Below are positions 1 to 13,250 of a stretch of DNA of 64,000 nt, in pieces (within the stretch, counting starts at the first letter, position 1; each line of letters begins with the position of its first letter). The notes beneath the pieces are model-generated. The model saw nothing but the letters and a program-made list of their open reading frames with translations, did no database searches and was not told the DNA's origin. Origin of the DNA: Paraspadella gotoi (Eukaryota > Animalia > Chaetognatha). The position numbers were made by a program, and so were the translations under genes. The stretch lies in contig CM119271.1 of NCBI GenBank assembly GCA_051294375.1, positions 15,444,770-15,508,769 on the forward strand, read 5' to 3'.

Positions 1-2860
1 AATTAAATTAAAATAGCTATATAAAATCAATAAGTAGAATAAAAAATTAAAATGGTTTAAATTTTTTTTAAAATGAAAGATATCATGCGCATCATCCATA
101 ATTTAATCTGAACAATTTCTCTTCTCGTTTGAGTCCATAACCAATTATTCTATCTTTAATACGTTTATTTGTATTAATTTTGCTTTAATTAAAATGATTA
201 TTCTCATTTTTTTTTTCAAAAGTAATTTAAAATAAAAAAATTATAACTTATGCCCAAAATGATTGAAGAAAAAATTTTAAACTATTAATAATGGACCTTA
301 CCTAGCTAAGTATAGGCCTTCAAATACATATATAGTAAGTTTTATTATGATGATGTTTTGACATAGAACATAAACTAATTTATAAAATTAAATATATGAA
401 AAAATTGAATAACTTTTGAATTCTTTTTTAGGCATAATAGAACATAATTATTAATTAAATTGTTCATCCGATGCTTTAAATAGCTACTGGTCAGATTGTA
501 TCATTCTCAATTATAATAATTTTATAACTTCTTTTTATTTTTAATAATCCACTGACCTGCTATATTTACTTCTTTTTGACAAAATACCAAAAATTACTGA
601 TATAAAATTATGGTATGAACAGACAAAAACTTTTTTTTAAAATCACATGCTATTTAAATTGTTTGAAACTGATATAATATTATCCTTGACAAAATTCAAG
701 AAAAGTTTTAAAAACAATCCCAACTAGACTAGACATTTTTAAGGTTGTCAATGTATATAATTGCATATTCGGACTGGCTTTGTAGGTTTTAACTTAATTC
801 AGTAGCCTCTTTAATTGACAGAAAAGCAGTATATTTAACAGTTTTTTTTTATTTGGAGTGGCAGCATCAAAGTTCTCAATACATCTTAACGGTCAGTATA
901 TTTGTTAAGTATAGTAGATTCCTCTATAGATTTTTTGATTTTTGAAAACATTTTAACTTTTTTTTTCTAATAATTTTTTTGAAGCACGTAGTTGTCGGCA
1001 AAACGTTTCATTTGATTACGCTAAAGAGAATGTAAAAATTAAAAATAAATAGTACCAATAGTTAGCAGTTAATGTCTAGAATAGAATGAAAAAAAAACCT
1101 TGTTTAAAATTTTGATTGGAAAGTGGCGGGGTAACTAAGGCTACCCACGGTATCCTCCATGCTGTTCGTTCTCCTCAATTAATTTTTTTAATTAATACAT
1201 TTGCAAGGGAAAAGAAAATTCAAGAATGCAGGTGCAGTATAAGGGTAGAGAAAATCTGTACATAGTGACATGAATAATAACTGACCTTTTATGTCTTGCG
1301 TATGGGCGGCAGTAAAGAAACCTTAAAAATGCAATCATTAAGTCAGTCAATGAACCTTGTTTTGCGAAACTTTTTATTTTCTTAATTAAAAAAAATGGAT
1401 GATAAATAATAGAATTAAATTCCCTTTATAAGGTTGTTATATTTAAAGAAGGAAAATTGCATACAATTCAACACAATGATGTCTTGCTTTAGTCAAATAT
1501 GTCAGCAGTTAAAGTAATTTTTTTTCTAATTTTATTACGATAAAACAATCAGTAAATATCAGCTTTTGCTTTTGCAAGTTGAAGATAATAAAAATGCATT
1601 TTTTTTTTCACAGACAAGAAGGTAGACGTCAGACTGTTTATATCAACTGAAAAAATTTTATTATTTATATTTTTCATTATTTAAAAAAACATTTTTTATC
1701 AAGCATCTAACAAAATTTTTTGCTTGTTTTTTATTTTTAACATAAAAAAACTACAAGCAAACTTCTATCAAAGTTGAGAAAATTTAATGATAATTAAAAT
1801 GTAATTCAGCACTTTCCTCTTTCAATGTACAACAAGAAAAACAAAAATTCTCATATGCCTTTTCATTGAAATTTGTAATGCAAAAAACTGTTAAAACTTT
1901 TAACTCGTATTAAAAATAAAAACTGTGTAAAGATTCTAATGGATAAAATTTAATAAAACGTTCCTAAGAAATGTGTCCATGATTGGGCTTAATTTGATAG
2001 CACACCCAGCTGCTCCCTCTTTTATTTCAAAGACTATTCAAGAACAATAACTTTTTTATTACTTTTTTGGCATCTTGCAGTTTTTTTTAAAAAAACAACC
2101 TAAACTTTTGGCCCTTAAAAATGTCCGCAGTTGAGATTGTTTAACTTTTCTAAATTTTGTCCAAGGATAATTAATACAACTGCCTAAAAAACCTTAAATA
2201 GGCATCTGATTAAAAAAAAGTTTTTCGAGTCTGTTCATAAACATAATTTTTAATATCAGTAATTTTTGGATTTTGTCAAAAAGTAAGTAAATATAGCAGT
2301 CAGTATTACTAAAAATAAAAGAAAGTTATCAAATTATTATACAATTGAAAAGGACTACAACTGACCAGTAGCTATCTAAAAGGCATCAATGAACAAATAA
2401 TTAAAAATTAATGTTTATTCATGCTAAAAAAAAATTCAAAGTTATCAATTTTTCATATATTTAATTTATTTAAATTATTCTATTTTCTATATCAAACATA
2501 ATCATAATAAACTCTACTATATTGTATTTGAAAGCCTATATTAGGTAGGTAAGTCCATTATAATATCAAAATTTTTCTTCCTACTCATTTGAGCATAGTT
2601 ATAAATTTTTTTTTAATTTAAATTACTGAAAAAAAATTAAAAATAATACGTTTTAATAAAGAAAAATTAATCTACACCGATAACTATTAAAGATAGAATA
2701 ATGGTTATACTAAACGAAGAAAATTGTTCATAGATTATGGATGATGCATAGAATATTTTCTATTTTTAAAAAATTTAAAAACCATCGTTTTTAATTTTCG
2801 TCTCTTTATACGTTCTACACTATACTGAATTTCTTATATAGCGTAAATATTTAATATTAA
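1..2860. mobile_element. Long terminal-inverted-repeat (foldback/TIR) element: ~745 bp arms (1-745 vs ~2113-2860) around a ~1.4 kb non-coding spacer
   Basis: Successive reverse-complement matches: ATGGACCTTACCTAGCTAAGTATAGGCCTTCAAATAC (~291) vs GTATTTGAAAGCCTATATTAGGTAGGTAAGTCCAT (~2524); TAGCTACTGGTCAG (481) vs CTGACCAGTAGCTA (~2361); GACATTTTTAAGG (~732) vs CCTTAAAAATGTC (~2113). The left arm may run off the window. No intact transposase ORF seen. Confidence 0.65.
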
Positions 2861-3308
2861 TTTATAAAAAAACTGTCATTAAGGAAAAAATTTGTTTACC
2901 CTTTTTTATTGTGTAGCCAAGGTCCCGAAGAGTATACCGAGGAATCACTCTACATCTCTAGGTGCAACTCTCCATGCCCCGTATATCGATGTAAAGTATA
3001 TTATTAATTAGGTTTAAAAAATGGAAATTTTTAAGCTTTTCTGAGCAGAAATGGAGCGTAGAGCACTCACGGCTTAGCAATTACAAATACAAATACACAA
3101 TACATAATATTAAAAAATATGGAATGATTATATTTTCTAGAATTATCATAAATATCCTCGGTTCCATTTTGTTCCATGTTTTTCCCATAGACCTCAAGAA
3201 CGTACATATATATCTCCAGGAAAGCCAAGTTATATTTAAATTAAAACTTGCAGACTGAAAATTAAAATTAAGTGAAATTGTTTGTTTTGCTGACAGACAA
3301 CGGATTTG

Positions 3309-3607
3309 AAGAGAGAGAGAGAGAGAAGAGAGAGAGACAGAGAGAGAGAGAGAAAAGTTTTTCATTAAGAATTGAGTAAAGGATAGTGAAGGCAGGTAAG
3401 ATTGGGACAAGTTAGTCTGGCGAGAGAGAGAGTGTGAAAAAAAAATGAAACTACATGATAATAATTTACTAAAATAAAGAAAATTAAAAATAAAATGATT
3501 TGAGGTTTAATAAAGAAAAAAATGAAAGATAAGAAAAAGAAGTATTGTGGCAATCTCGACTCGCGACCTCTCTCTCTCTCTTCTCTCTCTTTCTCTTTCT
3601 CTCTCTT

Positions 3608-3665
<58 letters not shown>

Positions 3666-3680
3666 AACTCTCTCCCCTCT
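3309..3680. repeat. (GA)n microsatellite 3309-3355 and (CT)n microsatellite 3568-3680
   Basis: Dinucleotide runs seen directly; they generate the spurious ER/SL-repeat ORFs. Confidence 0.9.
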
Positions 3681-5859
3681 CATGCATAATGTTTGGTAAA
3701 ATTTTATAAATTCACATTGCGCTGATTAAGACTCGAAAAAGAGTCGAAACATTCCGTAAAAAAAATGTAAACTCGTTGTTTGAAGCCTCCGGAATGAAAA
3801 CTAAATCGGGCGCGCTTAGTATTTTAAATACATTTCAAATACTTTAATTGCGAACCTTTACCATAAAAACAAAAACACATTTTTTATTATTTCAGAGCTT
3901 ATTCGAGATGCTCTCGTTAAGGTCCGATCAGTATTTTAACTTTTATTAGAAATGTTTCGAGGTGCTCTCGTTAAGTGTTCGATCGGTTTTTGCCTCTGTA
4001 GAATTTTGTATTTTTCACCTCTCTCTTCGCTTGCTGTTTTTTTGCTTTGACGCGAAATAAATTCTTAAAAGAATTCCTCTAATATGATGTTAGTATCACG
4101 CTCAGGAAGAGGAGAGCTCTTCATGTTGTATTAAAAAACAAATCGTGTCGACACCGCGGAAAAAATGATTAAAAATTAGTCCTGATGCTTTAAGATACGC
4201 AAAATGATGCGGTTTTTAAGATATTATCAAGAATAATACCTAGTCCAACTAATAATACTATAAAACAATTAATTTAAAAAATGTTCAGAGTTAGTTTAAA
4301 ATGATGAAATGAAAAAATACCATTTTTTGACTAACCATTTTAAAAAAATCATTGCAGACAAACGGTGAATCATTAACAAAAATGCTTTTACCCCAGTAGA
4401 AGAAACATGAAGGCGAACCCAAAAGCGAAGTAAAAAATTTTTCTTTTTTGATCTTCACCTTGAAAGTGAGTGCCAAAACTGAAAATGGACAAAAATGGAC
4501 AAGATTTTTGAAGATACAAAATTGCGCTTAAAACTATCTTTACTGTATTAAATTTATAGGCAATGGTTTTATTTACACCATTGTTCGGCCACTTTTGTGA
4601 TATGAGTTCAAAGTATAAAAAATTTACCATTCATATTTGAATTAATCAGGAGATTCGGTTCATTCTTTGACAATAAGGCTTTTCGTAGACACTGCATTTA
4701 AAAAATCGGAATAAACCTAATTTTATAACCTTAAAATTAGGTTTTATTGCCAAACTGGTTTTCTACCTAATTCAGTTTTGACTAGAAAAGAATTAAAAAA
4801 AAGAGAGTAAGACAGGAAAGGGGGGCGTATTCGGTCGAGTGCGAATTTAAAAAGAAAAACAAGTTTGGACGGTCAAGTCTGTCGGTCGGTCCGCAGGAAG
4901 ATAGGTCGCGTACGTAGCCAACCCCTCGTTTGTGGAACAAGGAGGAAAGGCGATGGCCAAGGGTCACTTTTCTTATTTGATGGAAGAGGAGGAGGAAGGA
5001 GACGGTAGATGAATGACTTCCAGTGTCCGTATTACGTCGCCCGAAATTGACAAACGACGCCAAACGCGTTGGACCAATCGGTCCCGCGGCTCCCAGCGGT
5101 TCGCGGTTTAAAGCGCCGAGGACTACTACTAGTGCCTGTAGCATAAAGAATTAACGGTATCAGAATAAGCTTATTATTTTAATTGACGAGCATCGCATGA
5201 ACTCTATAGTTTTTTCATAATCATTTTTTNNNNNNNNNNNNNNNNNNNNNNNNNATATAGTTTTTTATAATTTTAGTTTAATTCCTTCATATTGAAAAAT
5301 TTTATCCCTATTACGCAAAGGTATTAAAACAATTAACAAATAATAATCCAAATCATTGCAAAATTCGTCTTCGAAACGGTAAAAAATAAAACGTGACCTC
5401 TTCCCAAATTTTGCGACCGGATCTTCTTTCTTTACCCTGGTTCGTGCGAGTCAAACCCAAGGCTAAGGACGAATGTCTCGTGTCCAACCCGGAAAAACCA
5501 GAAAAGATTATTTTTATCATTATTATATTTATATAAAAATGAATTGTTAATTCTGGTAAGTATCTTTTAAAACAGTTTGTAAGTAAATTAAAGATAAATT
5601 TATATTTACTATTTTTCTTATCCTAATAATCTTTTAAAAATTGGTATATAACTAGTTAGTATAAGAATTATTTCATCAAAATATAAACTATCTTGCCCCT
5701 AAATTTTAACAAGCTATAATAAAAGAAATTTATTTAAATAATATAAAAATAAAATAGAAAACAGATCGACTGAGATTTGAAAAAGTCACTTCTAGATTCT
5801 GTTCCGCGAGCAGTACTTGAAAATTCAGAAATCGATTTAAAAAAAAATACGGAAATAAA

Positions 5860-8289
5860 TATGGAGGACGCTTTAGGTTCACGTGGTCATGTCTCTGGCC
5901 ACCGTGGTAACCGGTGGTTGTTTTTAGCCACTGACCTTGCGCTGAGACACTTGGGCCGACTTTTGGCTTTAAAAGCGACAAGCTCACGATGGTAGACACA
6001 ACTCGAAACTACCTTTCTCGACTCAACCGTTATTACTGTTAATTTTTAACTCTTGTGACATTGTTATTAAATGTATCCTTTTACTTGTCTCCTTATTCTT
6101 AATTATTCACGTCGCCATAGATGGTGATTGCCAGACGATACGAATTAATCACGCAACCTTCCCAAAATCAACCCTTTTTTAAAACTTCCAACCAATAAAC
6201 TCTCACCCGAAAACCAACTTTTCTCTCCTCACGATTTTCGTCCTCTGAACGTTTTGTCCTAAATGCTCCTAAATGTCCAAAATAAACTTTTTCTCCCGTT
6301 CACAGCCCCTTCAATTTGAAAACGTGAAATTGTTGAAACTACAAACCCAAACCTCCCGCTCCGATAAAAGAAATAAAAAAACAAATCTGTGGTCTATCGA
6401 ATCTGGTTTTTCCTTCTACCAAACTTTTCCCCTTATTTCTCCCAAAACTTATGTATTTCCAAATCTTAAAATAACTTTCTACACATCCCTTATTTTCCTT
6501 TAAACTTTCCCTTACCCCACTTGTTCTGGTTCTTTCTATTAAAAAAAAATGGCGAACAGTTAAACTTTACGCAAAACATTTTCAGAATCGATTCGAATCT
6601 TCAGTCCGCCGATCTTGTATCTCAACCGCCGCCCAAATGAGGTTCCCGCCTCCAACAACGACGAGTATGAATTCTTTGCAAGACCCGCCCGTCTTCGCTA
6701 CCCGACACCCTTCTAAAGAAGTTCTCCAACGAGGAATCTTTGAAGCTGTTCGTCAACAAATCAAGTGCAAAAAGGACGAATGGTTTTCCGATCTCCCCAT
6801 CCTCTCTTACGACTTTATCATTGCGCCCCTCCACTTTCGTCCTTTGCGCCAAACAAACTATAACAACTCCTCAGTCGATATGACCGCACTACAAAGAAAC
6901 TTACGTTTTTACTTACTTTGAGACAAAGACACATTACTGAACTTCTTTGACAACGAATCGAGCAACTCGTTGAAAATTTTAAATGAACAAAATCAACATG
7001 TGAAATACGTCGTTGTCTTCGGCGATCGAACCTCCGACAACCACATATATCTTCTGCAACAAAAACAACTAGCTATTCAGCACACGACAACATGGCAAAG
7101 AAAATAGATAAGAAGATAAGGAAATGACTGAGCATTAGCAAGGGCCCACCTACTCCGCCCTACGCCACACGCTATAAACAACTGGCGACAAACTTTCACG
7201 ACCTCATCCCTCCGACAAAGTCTACTACACATATATCAAATATTACAAACTAAAAATAAAAGATACTAAAAATAACTTCAGTGACGACGATGACGAAAGC
7301 GACGACAGCCTTCTTTCCGACGTTTACCTCTTACCAACAAATAAATCCTATAATCACAGAACACAAGAGCAAGAACTTTTTGCCTCCTATGGCAATGCGT
7401 ATTGCAGCCACCAAACTGGCTAATAAAGAAATGAAAACAAACAAGAGTTAAAAGTGTCTGAGGCATCTCGCTCCACGTGCCGTGTGCGACCATGCGACGC
7501 AGACGAGGAGTCCAACGGAGTCATCCTCCAGACTTTGGCCCCGCTGATTCAGGCTTGATCGGCGTTTGGACGCAATCAGCGCGATTTCCGGCGGCTCGTC
7601 AGCTCTCCATGCTACGCCATTAACTCTGCCATCCCCCGCGCCACTGAGGCATCTACTGTGCCACCTGTCGAGTCATTCAATAAGAGTGATCAACAAGTCG
7701 CCTCTCTCGGCGCCAAAATCGATTCTCTTTCTTGCAAAGGTGTCTTCCCTTCAACCGCCCCTCTATATTCCGCCTCATCGACGTCCCGCGACCCTATCTT
7801 TCCAGCGCCATTGCCTTGTGAGGCGAACACACTGCCCAAGCCGCGCTTCTAGCTTCAAACGCCACCATCCCACAGTTGATGAAATAAAGTTTGAGCCCAT
7901 ACGTTTTCATCAACCAAGAAGCTGGTGGCGATACTCGCGGCGCTAACTTCCGCCGCAACGCCATCCGACGACAACGAGGAAATATGGCCGTCCTCCACTC
8001 CTTTCTATCATCCACCGCCAACTGAACGTAGCGTGGCTTGGGGGGATGTAGGAGGACGCTTTAGGTCACTTGGGTCATGTCTCTGGCACCGTGTAACGTG
8101 GGTTTTGTTTAAGCCACTGACCTTGCGCTGACACTTGGGCCGACTTTTGGCTTTAAAAAGCGGACAAGCTCACATGTGTAGACACAACATCGAAATAATC
8201 TTTCTCGTTCACCGTTTAATTACTGTTAATTTTAACTCCTTGTACATTGTATTAAATGTATCCCTTATCTTAATTATTCACGTCGCATA
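5860..8289 (+). mobile_element. Small non-autonomous LTR retroelement (~2.4 kb, ~250 bp LTRs, degenerate gag-like interior, no detectable pol)
   Basis: Direct repeats 5860-6119 and 8047-8289 (GGAGGACGCTTTAGGT...ATTATTCACGTCGC(C)ATA). TGG-starting PBS-like TGGTGATTGCCAGACG at 6122. Polypurine tract GGGGGGA (8040-8046) directly before TGTAGG. Fragmented internal ORFs (6637-6921). Confidence 0.7.
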
Positions 8290-9263
8290 TAACCTAATTT
8301 TATAAACCTTAAAAATTAGGTTTTCTTGCCAAACTCGGTTTCTACCTATATTCAGTTTTGACTAGAAAAAGAATTATAGAAAAAGAGAAGTAAGACAGGA
8401 AAAGGGGGGCGTATTCGATCGAAGTGCGAATTTAAAGAAAAAAACAAGTTTGCACGGTCAATCTGTCTCGTCCGGTGTCCGCATGTAGATAGGTCGGTAC
8501 GTAGCCAACCGCTCGTTTGTGGAACAAGGAGGAACTTCTCAGTCGATCTGTTTCTATTTTATTTATATTTTAAATATAATTTCCTTTTATATAGCTTGTT
8601 AAAATTTAGGGGCAAGATAGTTTATATTTTGAATGAATAATTCTTATACTAACTAGTTATATACCAATTTTTAAAAAAGATTATTAGGAATAAAGAAAAT
8701 GTAAATATAAATTTATCTTTAATTTACTTACAAACTGTTTTAAAAGATACTTATCAGAATTAACAATTCATTTTATATAATATAATAAAATGATATAATA
8801 AAGATAATCTTTTCTGGTTTTTCCGGTTGGGACACGAGACATCGATCCTTAGCCTTGGGTTTGACTCGCACGAACCAGGGTAAAGAAGAAGATCCGGTCG
8901 CAAAATTTGGGAAGAGGTCACGTTTTATTTTTACCGTTTCGAAGACGAATTTTGCAATGATTTGGATTATTATTTGTTAATTGTTTTATAACCTTTGCGT
9001 AATAGGGATAAAATTAGTTTTCAATATGAACGAATTAAACTAAAATTATAGCAAAACTAAATTAATCTAAAATAATAGTAAATTTTAAATAAAGTAAAGT
9101 TAAAAAAATTATTTTGTCGCTATAAATTAAATTGAACTTTTAAATCATTAATCACGTAATGGAATCTTCATAAGTTTTGCAACTAACAACTTGTCACATT
9201 TTTGCACATACATTAGTATAGATACTAGTTTGCCAATATAATTCCCTTCTTTCTTTAAACAGA

Positions 9264-9613
9264 ATGCCCTGCCGCGCCTATATCCTCTCGTTCGGTTTGC
9301 TCTTCAACGCCTTTTACATGCTCCTAACGAGCGTCTGCTCAACCATTTTCCGCGACTCGTCTCCTCTCTCCACAGCCGTCGCTTTCGTCTTCATCTTCCT
9401 CGGCGAGACACTCGGCGCTCTACCTCTCGTCCCTTTCGCTTTGAAGAATTGGTCCGTGCGAACCCGGACTCGATTGGCGACTTTCGTCGTCTTCGGCTTC
9501 ATCATCAATGCTCATTTCATCTCCTGGCGCGCTGCCACTTGTCTCATGCCACTCGCCAGTTACATCGCCATCAACAACGCCACCATCCTCTTCGTACCCG
9601 CGGTGCACGCCGC
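9264..9613 (+). CDS. 5' part of a multi-pass membrane protein (possibly MFS/UNC-93-like transporter), truncated by a gap
   Basis: ORF MPCRAYILSFGLLFNAFYMLLTSV... has several hydrophobic helices and is preceded by a pyrimidine tract plus AG one base before the ATG. The rest of the protein is seen in the copies at 10570-11235 (-) and 12160-13250 (+). Family assignment is inference. Confidence 0.55.
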
Positions 9614-9839
9614 NNNNNNNNNNNNNNNNNNNNNNNNNCTTCTTCCGCCTGTTTTTTTTTTCTAACCAACCGACGAAAGTTATGGATCTATATAAATATT
9701 ATAATAATATAAGTATTTGTTTTTTCTTCGTAAGGTATAAAAAGAGAAATAGTTTAAAACCAGTGAATGTAAAATTTATTTTGAAACTAATCTACTAACC
9801 AAACGATTGTAATGGATTTAAAAAGTCCACTAATTTCTA

Positions 9840-10120
9840 TGTAGCCGGGCATTGCCTATGCTAAGGCTCACCCCGCCTATAAGCGGACACCTTCTGTTGT
9901 GACCCGATGGCTCATTGAGTAAAGCCATCAGCTCATGACTACTAGGGTACGCGATTCAATCCCAACCGGTATCTACCCTGCGGAAGCGTGAGAGGAGCTG
10001 TAAACCGCCATGGGGCCTTTAATCCTCAAGCCTGGTTCCAAGCCCAGGACCACGTTCCATGTGCTGCTGAAGCGGTCCATAGAAGTTTATGGGATAGCCA
10101 ACTTAGCGCCTTATCCCACA
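9840..10120 (+). mobile_element. ~280 bp repeat with a tRNA-like Pol III A/B-box core (SINE-like) and TGT...ACA termini; copies at ~11245-11415 (-, partial) and ~13783-14052 (-)
   Basis: A-box-like TGGCTCATTGAGTAAAGC and B-box-like GATTCAATCCC; three copies in the window. Confidence 0.5.
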
Positions 10121-10569
10121 AATATATATTATTACAACATTTAGAAATTTTTATTGATTTGTCAATAAAAATCAAGCAAAAACCATCACATTTATAAAAT
10201 GATGATGTTGATTAATTTTTTAAGGTTTTTTTTAAATTTTTAACCATATTTTTCATTAAAATATTTAAAATTTGTAATACTACCTTTATTTCTAACTATT
10301 TTCTAACTATTTTTGTATATTGTTGAAATTAAAATGCTTCCGACATTCCGTTCATGAGGAAAATGAACATCATGAATTAATTCAGTTGTTAAAGAATAAA
10401 ATCTTTTATTGCAGACAATGTTGAATTCTTGTCCCGTCTTAATATACAGTTTACTGTAATAACAAGATTAATAATAGCTTGTGACAAAAGCTAAAAATTT
10501 AAAAAAAAAAATTAATCATAACCAAATGAACAATCCGCAAATGATACTAACAATTTGGTCGAGCAGCGA

Positions 10570-11235
10570 GGACCTTAGTTCCACGAGACTTCATTCTCCA
10601 ACGCTTTTTTCCTTTCTTCCTCTTCCCCATCATAAACATCAATCTCTTCATCCTCTTTCTCCATCTTCGGCTTCCTTCCCCAGCATTTGAAATCGAAATG
10701 ATGAAAATGGAGAAGAAGACGACGCCGATGCACGCGGCTTCCGTCCCCGTCGGTCTCTCTCCGAAAAACCATTGCCAAGAGCGCCGTGGTTGGAATGACG
10801 CCGGCGTTGAAGACGTTGCCAACGACGCCGGCGAGTCCCGCCTCCAGGGCTTCCAATTCGGAGCACCCGATTTGTTGCGAGAGTCTGTAGACAGTGGACA
10901 TGATGCCGACCATGAAAACGTCGGCCAGTGGCAATGCAGGCGCCTCAAGAGAACGCCGGCTACGGCCGCCGGAAATAGCGACGCAGACGGCAGCGACGAC
11001 GGCCGCTGCAGCCGACGCGCAGGACGAGAAAATTCGACCAATGAGCGTCGGCTTGTTGCGCCGAAAAAGAAAGGGTAAGACATGGAATAAACGCCGCAGG
11101 AAAAGGCCAACGCGGTAAGCGTAAGCTGGGACGTCGTTATTCTCTTCAAAAATGAAAGGCGGCCCGCGTAACCAAGAACGCCGATGATGGCGCCAAAAAT
11201 CCCCACTATGTCGACGGTGCTGACGTAGCGCCTGT
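10570..11235 (-). CDS. 3' part of the same membrane protein, inverted copy with frameshifts
   Basis: Hydrophobic ORF pieces GIFGAIIGVLGYAGRLSF... and MPLADVFMVGIMSTVYRLSQQIG...; reverse complement of ~12545-13250. Confidence 0.45.
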
Positions 11236-12159
11236 AAGCAACTAACTTCTATGGCCCTTCAGCAGCAATGGAACGGGTCCTGTGCTTGGAACGAGGCTTG
11301 AGGATTTAACAGGACCATGGCGGTTTACAGCCGTCCTCACGCTTCCGCATGGTAGATACCGGGTTGGGATTGAACTCAGTACCTAATGGTCATGAGCTGA
11401 TGGCTTTACTCAATGAATTCTCATTATTAATACTTGACTCATATACAGGATTTTTCAAGGTTTCCCGGGTTTTAAAATAAAATGGTATACTTTTCCTATC
11501 GATCTAAAGTCAATTGTTATCTGTCATTTCATTTGTATATAATATAAGCAGAACACTCACCGAGCAGTTAATAAGATAAAATATCAAGGGTTTTAATAGA
11601 ATACTACTGGAGTTAGAATACTAAAACCTAGGGGGTTTTAGTCCAAATTTGACTATTTGACGCATCTATCTCTTTTCCAGTGATATTGAGACATCTCGAG
11701 TACATTCGGGATCCTTTACCTTGGGTATTAGGAACTCGCACGACACCAGGGGTAAAGAATTACAGATCACGGTCGCAAAATTTGGCGAAGAGGTCCACGT
11801 TTTTGAACTTTTATTACGTAAGACGAATATTTCAATGAATTTGGATTATTATTATGACTTACACATGTTTTAATAAAACCTTGCGTAAATAGGGATAAAA
11901 CTTAGTTTTCAATATGAACGAAGTTAATAACTAAACAATACTAGACAAAACTAATATTATTCTAAATAATAGTAAATTCTTAAATAAGTAAAATTAAAAA
12001 ATTCATTTTGAGTCCTATAAAATTAAATTGAACTTTTAATCATCTTAATGCACACGTAATGGAAATCTTCAAAAGTTTTGCAACTAACAACTTGTCACAA
12101 ACATTTTTGCACATACATTATATAAGTTCAATACTTACTAGTCAACTTTTAATCAGCTA

Positions 12160-13250
12160 TGCTCTTCAACCGATCCTCTGCAGCGATCCTCTCGTCGTTT
12201 GCTCTTCAACCGCCTATTTTACCATGGCTCCTAAACGAGCGTCTCGCTCAAACCATTTTCCGCAACACGGTACCTCTCTCCACAAGCCGTCCCGCTTCGA
12301 TCTTCATCTCCGTCGCAACTCTGCGCGCTTCCTACCTATCCTCCTTTCGCTTTGAGAGATTAGTCCGTCGGGCGAACCAGGACTCGCCATTGGGCGACTT
12401 TTCGTCCTGTCTTCGGCTATCAATCAATCCAATGCTCCATTTCATCTCCTGGCGCCCTGCCACTTCGCTCTCATTGCCACTCGCCAGTTAATCGCCATTC
12501 AACCAACGCCATCCATCCTCTTGTCCGAGCGGTGCACGCCGCGCTGCTAGGCGCTACGTCAGCCACCGGCGAATCAGTCGGGATTTTGGCTGCCAATCGA
12601 TCGGCGTATCTCTTGCGTTACGCGACCGCCTTTCATTTTTGTGAAGAAGAACACAACGACGTTTCCCCAGACTTTACGCTTACGCCGCTTGCATTTTCCC
12701 TGCGGCGTTTAATTCCCTGTCTTACCCTTTCTTTCTTCGGCGCAAACGCAGCGACGCTGCGACTTGGTCGACTTTTCTCGTCCCTGCCGCGTAGGCTGCA
12801 CGTCTGCGTTTCGTCGCTCTGCCGTCTAGGCTCGCGGCTATTCCCGGCGGCCGCTAGCCGCTTCTCCTGAGGCGGCCTGCATCTTGCCACTGGCGACGTT
12901 TTCAATGTCGGACAAATCATGTCCACTTCTACAGAACTCTCGCAACAAATCGGGTGCCCTCCGAATTGAAGCCCTGGAGGCCGGACTCGCGCCGGCGGTC
13001 GTTGGCAACAGAGTATCTATCTACGCCGGCGTCATTCCAACCAGCGCCGCTCTTGGCAATGGTTTTTTCGAGAGAGACCGACGGGAAAGAAGCCGCTGCA
13101 TCGGCGTCCGTCTATCTTCTCCAATTTTCATCATTTCGATTTCGAGAAAATGCTAGGGGAAGGAAGCGCGAAGATGGAGAAAAGGATGAAAGAATTGATG
13201 TTTATGATGGGGAAGAGAGAGAAGAAAGCGTTGGGAAGAATGAAGTGCGT
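12160..13250 (+). pseudogene. Indel-riddled full-length copy of the membrane protein gene (probably low-quality long-read consensus)
   Basis: Collinear with 9264-9613 and then with the reverse complement of 10570-11235, with frequent 1-bp insertions and deletions. Confidence 0.45.

Noticed and set aside
3081-3667. ORFs with SL/ER repeats
   Set aside because: They are produced by GA/CT microsatellites.
4950-5220. Possible spliced-leader RNA or snRNA gene in a GC-rich non-coding patch
   Set aside because: No convincing combination of leader, donor and Sm site and no recognisable snRNA sequence; it is more likely a promoter or UTR fragment next to a gap.
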